From positions 14,873,897 to 14,937,896 of the forward strand of contig CM119268.1 in NCBI GenBank assembly GCA_051294375.1: a stretch of DNA of 64,000 nucleotides, read 5' to 3'. The first letter of the stretch is position 1; each line of letters opens with the position of its first letter. The notes under the pieces are model-generated. The model was not told the DNA's origin. It made no database searches and saw only the letters and a list, made by a program, of their open reading frames with translations. Made by a program: the position numbers and the translations under genes. Positions 53,641 through 64,000 of this stretch are shown here, piece by piece. Source of the DNA: Paraspadella gotoi (taxonomy: Eukaryota; Animalia; Chaetognatha).

Positions 53641-54675
53641 TTTTTTCTCATTCTATAATTTATGGCTAGTTAGTTTAAGATTGTTTATTTCATTTTCAGT
53701 TTTACTTCCTTCGTTTATGAAAAATAAAATCTTTGACGACAATGATTTCTTGTTCGTTCATATTTTTCGCGCTCATTTCATCTTCTATCTTTTTTCACTC
53801 GGTCTCTTTATTTTTCTCGTTTGTTTTCCTTCTTTCGCTCCAAAACGTTCGACGCACGAGCATCGTCGTTCTCGTCGTCGTCGCGTCTTCCCCATGGTCG
53901 TTCCCCTCGTCGTCACGGCCACCGCCCCGACACCGCCTTGACTCCGCCCCCGTCACGCCATTGTCCACGCCCACTGATCAGCAGGAGCCGCGGTGCCACT
54001 GGGTTCTTTGCCCAAATATGGATGAAAAGACCGGAAACCGGTTTAAGACGCAGCGGAAAGTCACGCCCAGTCTCAGGCGCGCCAAGGAATTTCCCCGGTT
54101 GGGGTTCTTTTTACCATAAACCCCCCTACTTCCCTCCGAAGCTCTAACGGGGAGTCGGGAAAAGAGGGAATTATAAAATGATTCGTCCATTTTTTTTTTC
54201 ATTTAAAAGACGAGAGTTGTTCTCGATATCGAGGTTTACTTCGCGTCTTTCGTCGTCGTCTTTGTCACCCCAAACCATCCCGGGCCGTGAGAGAGACTTT
54301 TCCTGCCGCAGAGGCATCTCGGTCGTCGTCGTCGTCGTCGATGTTGTCGTGCTGATGCCGGAAATTTGTTTATGTGGCGACGTCCGGAATCCTTGACGCT
54401 TTCTTTCGCGCGCCATAAAATAACGGACGACCCAATGAAAGCTCTCACGGTCATTCTCTCTGCTCTCTTCTCTCTCTCTCTCTCTCCTCTCTCATCTCTC
54501 CTTTCGTCTCGTCTCTCTCTCCTCTCTCTCTCCTCCTCCCATTCGCGCACTGGTGATCACTCTCTCTTTGCGCATTCAGTCATTTCTAGAGCGGAACAGT
54601 GATATCAGGTCTCCCAAAGAGGGAGAGTCTGGAGACTGGTGGTGGTTGTTAAGGTAATTGGTTGGTGGGACAGCT

Positions 54676-54955
54676 AATAAAATTGATTGCTTAAATCAAA
54701 ACTTATATAACTTATAACTACATAGTTATGTACGTATTATTTATATTTTAGTAGGTATGTCTACCCAGTCGTTTCAATTTTAATTGATTGAAATTTGATC
54801 TAGACTAAGGCTTGTTCTCTCCGCCTACACAAGCGACAACTATGAGGAAAAATATTTGTTAAAATTATATAAATATAATATAATATTTATATATATGGTT
54901 TATTTTATATTCAATAAATAGAGAATTCAAAAATAATTCTGTTTCGTTAATTTCA
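54676..54955 (+). repeat. AT-rich repeat of about 290 bp, second copy at 63415-63722
   Basis: Shared blocks such as ttgcttaaatcaaaacttatataactt, ggtatgtctacccagtc and gatctagactaag; the copies diverge after ttcgttaatttcaata. Confidence 0.9.
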
Positions 54956-54984
54956 ATATTTTATAAATTTAAAAAAAAAGACAA

Positions 54985-55145
54985 TGATAGTGGGAAAAGG
55001 TGGTGAACAGACTGCTGCGCTGACTCCCTCACGACGCCGCAGCAGATCGCGCCGAGTTTTTTGACGCAGGCGGCGGCGTCGGATCCGCGATAGTGTACGC
55101 AAAACGCGGATTCAGCTTCAGTAGCAGCAGTGAGCTCAGCTGATT
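54985..55145 (+). CDS. Possible class I SAM-dependent methyltransferase exon (noisy)
   Basis: Reads AEFFDAGGGVGSAIVYAKRGF followed, with one indel, by VAAVELS; fits motif I (D.G.G.G) and the post-I strand ending in an acidic residue. Confidence 0.35.
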
Positions 55146-56290
55146 TTGTACTTTTTCTGTTCTCATGCTAGAGGGCTTTAGAGGATATCCTTTTTTAATA
55201 TCAAAATAGTTATTATGTTTAGTTTTATTAGAACCCCATATCGTATTTTTAAAAAATGGAATTAAAACTTCTGTTATGTCACTCCACACACGACTGGTTT
55301 TGGATATCACTACCTAAGTGAAACCTTGTTAACTCGAATTAGTATTACACGCTAACATAATGAATTCCCATTAAAGTTTTCTATATAATGTACATGAAAT
55401 GATATTTTTTCAACATTCTCGTGCTGTATCTGGAAAAATATTTAGTTTTGAAATGGTATTGGAAACGGTGAGGAATTTTTCTGAAATAAGAGGACAAGAA
55501 ATGAAGAAGGTAAGAAAAGTGTAACAATGACATTAAAATAAGGTATACGCTAAGCACATGACTAAAAAATCAACAATAGGTCATTCATTCAGTTGAAGTA
55601 ATAAACATGAAATCATGAGATATATCATTATCTAACTTTCATGCCAATTTTATGAATGTACTGAAACGTATCATCATTTAAATGTCTCTACTGTTCACAT
55701 TACTGACTTGGGAGATCTTTTTACAATTTCAGAACATCACAAATATGCAGGTCATTAAAATTGATTACTTTTTCAATTTTTATTTATGATATTTATTATT
55801 TTTAATGAAATTTTTCATTTTCATTGGTGGTGTATGAAAAAGAATAAACTTAGAGTTAAATATGATTTTATGATTCTTATGATACTTAGAATCTTGAAGT
55901 AAAAAAAGAAAAGTGAAATGATTGTTTTTGCTGATAGACAACGAATTTGTTTTTATTTCAAAAGTGAAAAAAGTACTTTATTAGTTTGCGCTGATCAAGG
56001 CTAGCATATTAGTTAAATATGTACTTTTTCTCCTTGAAAATAAAAAATTCATGTATCTGTCAGCAAAACAAACATTTTAACTTAATTCTATTTTTAAACG
56101 CAATGAAACGATAAGCTTCGAAATAACAATGGACGTAAGTAAAACAATATTTACGTCTAGGGCGATTTGAAATTTAACTGGTAAACAGTTGTCTACAGTG
56201 GGAAAGGATAAATTATGGCTAAAATTTACTGTTCGCCGACCGGAGTTTTTTAAAAAAAAATATTAAATTTAAAAATATGTATTTTTTTAC

Positions 56291-56322
56291 AAATTATTAC
56301 CTAATTAATTAGGTAATAATTT
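56291..56322. repeat. Perfect 32-bp palindrome
   Basis: aaattattacctaattaattaggtaataattt equals its own reverse complement. Confidence 0.95.
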
Positions 56323-57699
56323 TTTAGTAGTTAAGTAACCCTCCTATTAAACCACCCCTAAACAACCTTTAACGCCTAACCTCCCCCTAAACCTCGTCCG
56401 CGAAAGTAAAATTATGCCAAATTAGGTACCAAAAGAATGAACAAAAATTATAATTGTAGCAAATGTATGAAAAGATGTTTTTTTGAAATTTAGCTGGAGC
56501 CAAGTTCTCTGTTTATTAGCAAATTACTTAATTTCCCTCTCTGCAGCGCTACCTGAAGACACTTTAAAAAGAAATAAAACTATAAATTATAAATGCAAAA
56601 TTAAAACTAAGCGTTTTGAATGGCAGTTATTTAACACAAGTATACATGCAGTCTTATCGCACTGTCATCTCACAGTGTAGACTAAGTGGCAGACTCACAG
56701 ATCAAAACTTATTTTGAAAGCGATCGAACAAAGAATTATCAGATTTGGTTCGATGAAGCGTATGATTTGACTAGTCGAAAAAATTTATGCCAAAACATAT
56801 TACTAAGGAGAACAGGAATAGAAAAAAATATTTTGCTATATAATTAAAATAGCTAAAATTTAAAATAGGATAGATTTTTTCATACAACTTTATCTAAGAT
56901 GCAGATTCTTAACTATAAAAGTGATCATGATGGAAGATAAAACTTGTTATCAAATCTGTCATGGCGTTGTTAATGTTTAATAGAAAACGGTAGATAATTC
57001 CTGACATTTGTGTTACTCGTAGGAAGCTTAATATGAACGTTTTGTCATTATCCTTGTGATCTCAAATGCATTCGACCAAGTATCGACTAGTAACATATAA
57101 TCGCAAAGTTCTTAGTTCAAAGCTCGAGATCTCATCGGCTTGGCCGTTAAAAAAACACATCTGATTGGGTCTGACAACTTGACAGAGCCTTTAACGGCAC
57201 GTCATGGAGCTACAGTAAATGATGGGAATTCTCGCTAACGCGCTGGTTAGTGGCTAAAAAATTTTTAAGCGAGAGGATTAATCAATAATTAGTCCATAGC
57301 TACAAAACAAATAATTACAATACGGTCATCGTGTCAGCACTCCCCCTCACGTGAGACCTGTAGAACAGTCCACGCGTGATCTACGTTCGAAAGGTCGCAA
57401 AGACACAGCGTTATCATGGTCGCTGTTGAGTTCGCGGTAGGCGTGCGTTTTGCGCATCGTCTCTCTCTCTGAGCATTACGTTGTGACCAGGATAACGCAA
57501 GGCTGCAAAGGAGCGACCAGGAGCGCCCGTGACTAATTACGGTGCTAAAAGTGTACACCGTTGGGCATGATCAGGAAAGGGGCCGACTTGCTCGAACAAC
57601 TTCATTATCTGCGAACAATCAAAGAATCGCATTGCGTAGTTTCGGCAACGCGTAATAAACTTGTAAACTAGGATTGGGGCCGTCGGGCCCGGTTTCTCG

Positions 57700-60600
57700 T
57701 CATCGCGTCGTTGAACGGGGACGATGGACGACGTTTCGGTATTACTCCGAGCTGGTTCATAGGCAGAGTTAGGCTGTCAATACAATTCAGTGCAAAGTGG
57801 CCGATCCATGCAAGTTCGAGCCTCCTACAACGAGCGCCTCCTCCCGCCCCTGCGTCAGGCAACCTCTGGAGGCGCAGAACAACCCTCATTTGGGAGGCAG
57901 AAAGGCTCCCGCTGGCGTGGGAGAACGATACTTGCCCTACAAAAACAACGGTTCCGTGTGGTGCACGGAGCCTGATACGGATGAACTGTTCAATTCGACA
58001 CCACGTATCTGGTCGCCCTTAGCGTCGCGGCGTTGGCCACTGTCCTCACGACGCTGTGGCATAACGCCGATATACGTGCTAGGGGGCCGTGACAATCCAC
58101 GGTGTAGAGTAAGAACGGTTGGTTGAGGGCAGAAACATTGACTCGACTCGAGAATCTTGCGTGATCATTCGTAATAATGGCAGGTTGGGCTGGCGGCCAC
58201 TTCTATTGGGCGGAGGAGCGAGACGCACGCGATTGCCGACCGCCCTTGTCCTATAGGCGCTAGTAGCAAAGACGTGAAATCGCACCAACAGCCTCAGGCT
58301 ACATTTCGCTCATAAGCGGTCGCCCGAGAAGACGCCTGTGAGGGAGGGTAAGGTCCTGGAGAAGGAGGCAAAAGCTTTGCAGAATCCAATGACAGATTCT
58401 TCCGCCAACGATCCCGCCCCGAGTAGAGAAGATCATACTGTCAATCAAAGGAACCCGAGTCAGTGGCGGTCCGGCGTTATCGATGGTTTCCGCCATGATG
58501 CATCATGACGCCGCAGGTCTCGTCCGGGCACCTTTTAGTGCGGCGGCCACAGTCAATGCCTCCTATCAACTACTTTCCCAGCCACTTTCCTCCTGTTAAT
58601 TCAACCTTGCTCCTGCTTCCACTCAAGCTTTGGCTCCATATCAGCCACCAATTTCCTCGGTTCTGTAGGCTCCGCCTAATTCCATGGGACCACAGTTGTC
58701 GCCAATCCAGCGCGAGAGATACAACGCCGCCAACAACGGCATCTACTGTCGACTCTCAACTAGCGCCAATACTCATCCCGAGACGCGACAGCAAAATACA
58801 GAAGTTTCGAATGTCGCTAGCCAAAGTCCTTGATAATGATCGAGGAGTTGGGCGAGCTGTGACTGCTGGAGAAAAGAAGCTTGTCCCACCAATGACTGTT
58901 GCCGGTTCTGTGACACCCGTCGTCGAAGCTAATGTCCTTGCAGCTCAGCATCAACCGAAATCGTTGGAGGAAAATTGGCCGTCAAAGAGGCGTTGTTTGC
59001 AAAGTCAAAAAAAGTTGAGGAGCTGAACAGAAAAATCGGAGAGATATTTGCTGGATAAACCAGAGTTTTGTTGAGAAAAGTACACGAGCGGTTAGCGGCG
59101 AGAAAATCGAGTTTAGCCTCATCCTCGGCTGATGCCCAATCCCGGGTCTTGGAGTTAGAGAGGGAGAGGCTGGACTTGGACACAAAAGTTAAGTGAGACA
59201 GTGCCGAGTTTGGCTGATTCGCGGCGGCGTTGGCTGATGCGGGAGGCGCACTGCGAATAATTTGGCGCGGCGGAAGAGTCCGGGTTCAAGTTGGTCGAGG
59301 TAGAGAAGAAGGTTTGGGTGACGATAGGGCAGAATCTGAGAGAGCAGCGGCGGCTAAGGCCCTATGCTGCAAGTGAACGTGCCAAGCTGGCGGAGAAAGA
59401 GGCAAAGTCACTGTTGAAAAGCTTTCAAGTTGTTGAGGAGAGCTTGCTGAAACGCGGCGTCGCTGAACGTCTTAAGGCCGTTCCATGCTGAAACAAATAG
59501 GACAAGTGGGAGCGTGAACGTGAGTGCAGCCGAGAAAGAAGTGGAGGAGACGAAGAAGCGGCGCGACGAGGCATCGAAGAGTTGAAAGTCAGGATCCGCA
59601 AAGAAATAGGAGCGATAGCAGACAGCGCCGCTTCGCACCAGATCGCCGAAGCGGAGAAACAACTTGAAGAGGAGTTTCGCGAAAGGGCGCGTGTCAGAGG
59701 AAGATAGATGAGGGAAAAATTCGAGGGAGAGCGCCGCGAGATGAGGGAAGAGGCAAAGGCAGGGAGGAGACTTTAGGGCCGCGAGGAGAAAAATGGCTCA
59801 GCTAAAGGAGGCGCTGATTGCGCAGAGGAGTGAAAATCAGCGGCTGTCGACGAGCGGAAGATATTCGGCATGGCAAGAGAAATACAAGAAGCTGTACTGC
59901 TAACGTCGGCATACGAAGCAGAGGTTTGAAGAAACAGTAGCCGAAGGAGAAGGAGAGAGAGAAGCGCTGGAGAAAAATATTAAAGAGTTAAAAAAAGCGT
60001 TAAGACGCGAAAGTCGAGTCGACGGCAGCGTTTCGCCCGACTTCCTTCGCGCGTCAAAAGATTTTGAACCGACTTAATCACGAGTTGAAGCAAGAGGTAG
60101 ATCCAACCCAAACTTATTACTGGGTGAAGTGGTGCATCGATGTTGTTGGAAACGATCTAAGAGGGTGACCTTTAGCGTCCTTAGACGGTGGCGACGGATG
60201 TCCGATCCAAAGGTCTCCTGTCAAAAGAGAGGTGAATATCAAGGAGTTGGAACAGGCTGACCAATCGCAGAAGATTTTGCAAACGCTCACAGGTCCAGTC
60301 TCACGCGAGAGGACAATATGAGAGCAGTTGTGTCTGCCAAGCCGCCGCTTATGTGGATTCGTTGAAGCAGGAAGGGGCGATGAAAAGAGGAAGTTTTTTC
60401 CAGTGAGGGTTCCTTTCGAGACAGCTGTAGTGGAAACAGATGGTGTCGTCGACCCCGCCCTGTCGCCGCGCGGTCTCAAACCATCAGCCTTGTCACATTT
60501 AGGAAAGACGAAAAAGATGGAGCGCCGAACAAAAAGTAGAAAGCATCAAAGTCATTCCTAGTCCGAGACAGGAAAACCAACTGACAGAAGAAGAATCAAA

Positions 60601-61987
60601 TGGAAAAGTCGTCGAACTGAGTCAATATTGATCGTTGATTGTGAAAAATAGCGGACGAGAGATTCAGAATTAGACGAGAACAAAAAAATAGTCGCGGCAA
60701 TGTCAAAACTCATGAAGAGCCAATGAAAGATTTAGCAAAAGATGAACAAAAGATGGAAGATTTATCAAACATGAACAAGGCTGGAAGATTTTGCAAACGA
60801 CGAACGAAGGCTGAAAGATTCCTCTGAGACAAGCAAGTTTGGAAGATACGCCAAAAAAAAGCAAATGCTGAAGCGTCCGCAATCAAAGAATCAAGTCTTG
60901 AAGAAGCCGTGCTTGAAAATCCGTCAAAGCATTGAATCTTCAGTTCTTCCTGGGACGTCATCGAAGAAAGGTGGGCCGAACAGTTTGGAGCGGGAAAAGG
61001 AAACGAAAGAGGAACGAGGAACTGAAGAACACGGAGGACTCGAGAGAAAATGGAAATCGAAAAATATGGAGCTGGAGAATGCGCCGACTCATAATAGGAG
61101 GAAATTTCGAACTTTCTGGGGCAAGCAGCAGAAGTCGGAGAAACATGAGCCAAAAGGAGCTTGTAGAATACGATCCCGTAATTTACGGAATGACAACAAC
61201 GAGATAGAGGGATATAGCGGTGTGTCGAGTTCATCCGAAAGACGGAGAATTTAGACGATGACAAAGAGGAAGATTTACCTCCTTGCCTCCTATTCGGAAT
61301 CGGGAGCACCAGACATTATTGAAAGCAAACCATCCAATATTTCCAGAGGATCAGTCAAAAAGTGAGCAATGCAACATAAGGAAAGATCGGAATTGACCGA
61401 GAAAGATGGCCTTGACTTGTTTCTTTCGCCATCGATTCACGATCTCGTTTCTTCCACGAGCTCCGAACAAAAGGAGCCAATACTCCGATCCTCCCTAACG
61501 ACTGCCGACCCGATGACCGATTCAGTGCCAGTTTTAAACGAAAACCCGCTCGAAAAATCTTTAGATTCGTCGCTTTGTTCGAGGGCGGAAAAAACAAGCA
61601 GCATCAATCGGATCCAATCAAAAACGGTGAGGATGAGGAGTAAAATAAAAATAAAGATAAAATAAAATCGAGATTTTCTTTTTAAAAAGTGACGTTTTAA
61701 AAGTTTGTTAAATTAAATTTTTTACGTCGTTTCTTCTTTTGCAGTTCGCTCCGGATCGTTTTTGGCGCCGCGGATGATGACGACGACGCCGGAACTCTTT
61801 TTCGGCGGCACCAAGTCACGTTCGTCAACAAACGCTTCCACAGAATCGCGGACGGCAAAGCAGGGCGCTTCTTCTTCCAAGAGCGAAGTGACGTCGCGGA
61901 TATGCCGTCGTCAAAATCGCAGACCTCCTCCTTTGCTCTTCGACGACGATGATCGACGACGATGACTTGGATTGGCTGAAGCGTTAG
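57700..61987 (+). CDS. FKBP15: FKBP15 (WAFL/FKBP133)-like gene, sequence corrupted by many indels; start approximate
   Basis: After correcting 1-nt indels, collinear matches to recalled FKBP15: GWL..IDST..AGW..PPLSYG (FKBP domain, about 58085-58300); ETRQQNTEVRMSLAKVLD (58780) vs EARQHNTEIRMAVSKVAD; KVEELNRKIGEI..RKSSLASSSADAQSRVLELERER vs RIEEQNDKISEL..RNNSLQTATENTQARVLHAEQEK; VKKILNRLNHELKQEVDPTQTY (60053) vs VKKIMNQVFQSLRREFELEESY; C-terminus RPPPLLFDDDDDDDDLDWLKR* vs RPPPTPLFGDDDDDDDIDWLG. Probable last intron 61627-61744 (GTGAGG...ttttgcag). Confidence 0.8.
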
Positions 61988-62239
61988 AAAAAAAAGTTTT
62001 AAAAAATGAACATTTCCGATAATTTATGATCATAGAGCGAATCTGTGATAGCAAATATCCTGATTAAATGCAAATTTCTACGGCATTTTTGTTGGTACCT
62101 GTTATTTTTTTTTTTCGGGTTCCGGGGTTGATTGGTTGGAATCTTTGGTTCACCATTTTTTTTTTAAATCTCCAACTAGCTTGATCATTTCTCGTATTTG
62201 TTTTTCTTTTCCAGCGAAGAGAAAAAACAAATAACAATA

Positions 62240-62754
62240 ATGGAAGGTGACTTTTACCTTCGTTACTACGTGGGTCATAGGGAAAGTTCGGCCACGAGTT
62301 TCTCGAATTCGGTTTCGTCCCCGACGGGAAACCTTCGCTACGCCAACAACTCTAACTACAAGAACGACACCATGATTCGGAAAGAGCCTGCTGCAATCAA
62401 GGCCGTCATGCAGGAACTTAAAAGGTACTCGGTATTCTGTTTTAATTATTAGTTAAAATTATTTGATTACTATGGATTATTTTAATACGTTATCAGAATT
62501 ATCGACGATCGGAAATCACCAAGGAAGACCGATTCCTTGTGGGCCACCTCCCGACCGAGTGGGTCGTCCAAGAGTTGGAGATCGTTTTGGCGGCGAGGAA
62601 CACATTCCTTCACCACCTCGAAGATTTGGCTCCCTCGTCGACGTCAACAACTCCAAGGATCCGGAAGGACTCAGAACCTTCTATTATCTGGTTCAAGATC
62701 TCAAGTGTTTTGTCTTTTCCCTCATCGACTTCATTTCAAATAAAGCCCATCTAA
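62240..62754 (+). CDS. mago: Mago nashi (exon junction complex core), 2 exons 62240-62424 and 62497-62754
   Basis: [47 protein letters not shown]...ELKR|IIDD.EITKED...DRVGRQELEI...[32 protein letters not shown]; 72-nt GT-AG intron; about 10 or more single-base indels. Confidence 0.96.
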
Positions 62755-62989
62755 TTGCAACGCGGATTCGCCTTTCCCCGATTTTTAAATTAGTTTTCAT
62801 TTTCAACTTTTGTTTTTTGTCTAAAAAAAAGCATTCCTTCGTCTGCTTTGCTCAAATTTTCCTCTTTATTTTTTTCATATAGGACGTTTTGAAAAAATGA
62901 TTAAAAAGGCAAGAAAGAAATTTAGATGACATAAATTCCAATGGTTCATAGAAAATATAGCGGCTGTTGTTTTCACGGAAAAAAAAACT

Positions 62990-63270
62990 TGAAATGGATT
63001 TCTCGATTCCCGACCTCAACTCATTGTCAAGGTCCACGGGTCCTTATGCATCGGACCGCGACTGGAGGAGACACACGTTTCTTCCATCGCGCAATGCGTG
63101 GGTCGACATCGGCGACGAACGAGTTCGTCACACTCAAAATGCTACAGTTGATGGAGACGGAAGAAGGCGGGGTGCTACAACAGGAACTGCCAACAGGCCA
63201 AGTCGATGCTGTACAAACGAGCACCGGCTGTATCTCTGCTGAAGGGCAATCCGGAGTCATCGGGCTAAGG
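62990..63270. other. Unidentified GC-rich coding-like block next to mago
   Basis: GC-rich island in AT-rich flanks, long open frames on both strands, possible plus-strand donor G|GTGAG at about 63269; no family recognised. Confidence 0.3.
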
Positions 63271-63414
63271 TACGATGGTGAGACTCATCCTGAGTATTTT
63301 TCTTTTGCTTCCCCTTAAAATTAAATAATAATTATAATAATTATTATTATTTTTATTATTATTATAATTATCTTTTCCTTTTTAGAGATNNNNNNNNNNN
63401 NNNNNNNNNNNNNN

Positions 63415-63722
63415 TAAAAATTATTGCTTAAATCAAAACTTATATAACTTATATAACTTAAATCATAGGTTTGTACGTATTATTTATATTTTTAGGTATG
63501 TCTACCCAGTCATTTTCAATTTTAATTTGATTGAAATTTGATCTAGACTAAGACTTGTTCTCTCCGCCTCACACAAGGACAAAACTATGAGGAAAATATT
63601 TGTTAAAATATATAAATATAATATATATATATATTTTATAATATATTGGTTGTATTTGTTATATTTCATAAATATTTTGTAAAATTCAAAAATAAAATTC
63701 AAGTTTTCGTTAATTTCAATAA
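63415..63722 (+). repeat. Second copy of the 290-bp repeat, directly after a 25-N gap
   Basis: Aligns to 54676-54955. Confidence 0.9.
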
Positions 63723-64000
63723 ATTTTCCGTGCATAAAAATTCACTGTTCAATATTATTATATTTCTTTTTATTTTTTGAACGTTATAAGTTTCATATGT
63801 TTGATTATCTAATATCATGCAACAATCTTTTGTTTTTAGATATGACTGAATATAGGGTGAAATTGATAAAATTTTTTAAAAAGTTACTTATTCATATTTA
63901 TTCATAGAACTCTAATGAGAAAAAAAATAAAAAAAAATAATAGTACTAATAGTTAAAGTTATGTCTTCAAAATTGATGGAAAAAAAATCTCATTTAATAG

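Noticed and set aside
57332-61640. LTR retrotransposon: TG start at 57332, AATAAA at 57654, tRNA-Pro-like PBS at 57675-57687, coiled-coil gag and SWDVIEERWAEQFG
   Set aside because: The same sequence matches FKBP15 collinearly at several independent motifs; the PBS needs three deletions to fit; no pol or second LTR was seen.
62240-62754. Mago as a processed pseudogene
   Set aside because: It retains an intron and near-perfect amino acid conservation; the indel-only damage looks like read error.

Overview
Animal (invertebrate-type) genomic DNA from a draft assembly: AT-rich, full of (GA)n, (GAC)n, (GAT)n and (GATT)n microsatellites, with 10 N-gaps. The species cannot be determined from the sequence. 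Main content: (1) a plus-strand gene of about 42 kb (452 to about 42941) encoding a complete 10-cysteine Frizzled CRD, a Asp/Glu/Tyr-rich stalk and one transmembrane helix, with no 7TM or kinase region found; (2) two exons of a minus-strand stum/SPEC3-family gene (43900-45114); (3) a heavily indel-corrupted FKBP15/WAFL-like gene (about 57700-61987) that the ORF track misses; (4) mago nashi (62240-62754) with about 10 or more indels; (5) a LINE-type fragment and a possible SAM-methyltransferase exon. Three 25-N gaps are each associated with duplicated sequence (about 10.7 kb, 0.6 kb and 0.29 kb) differing mostly by single-base indels, which points to unpolished long-read gap filling. Many frameshifts are therefore probably assembly errors. 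No rRNA, tRNA or CRISPR array was recognised. Human reference motifs are quoted from memory and need BLAST/HMM confirmation.
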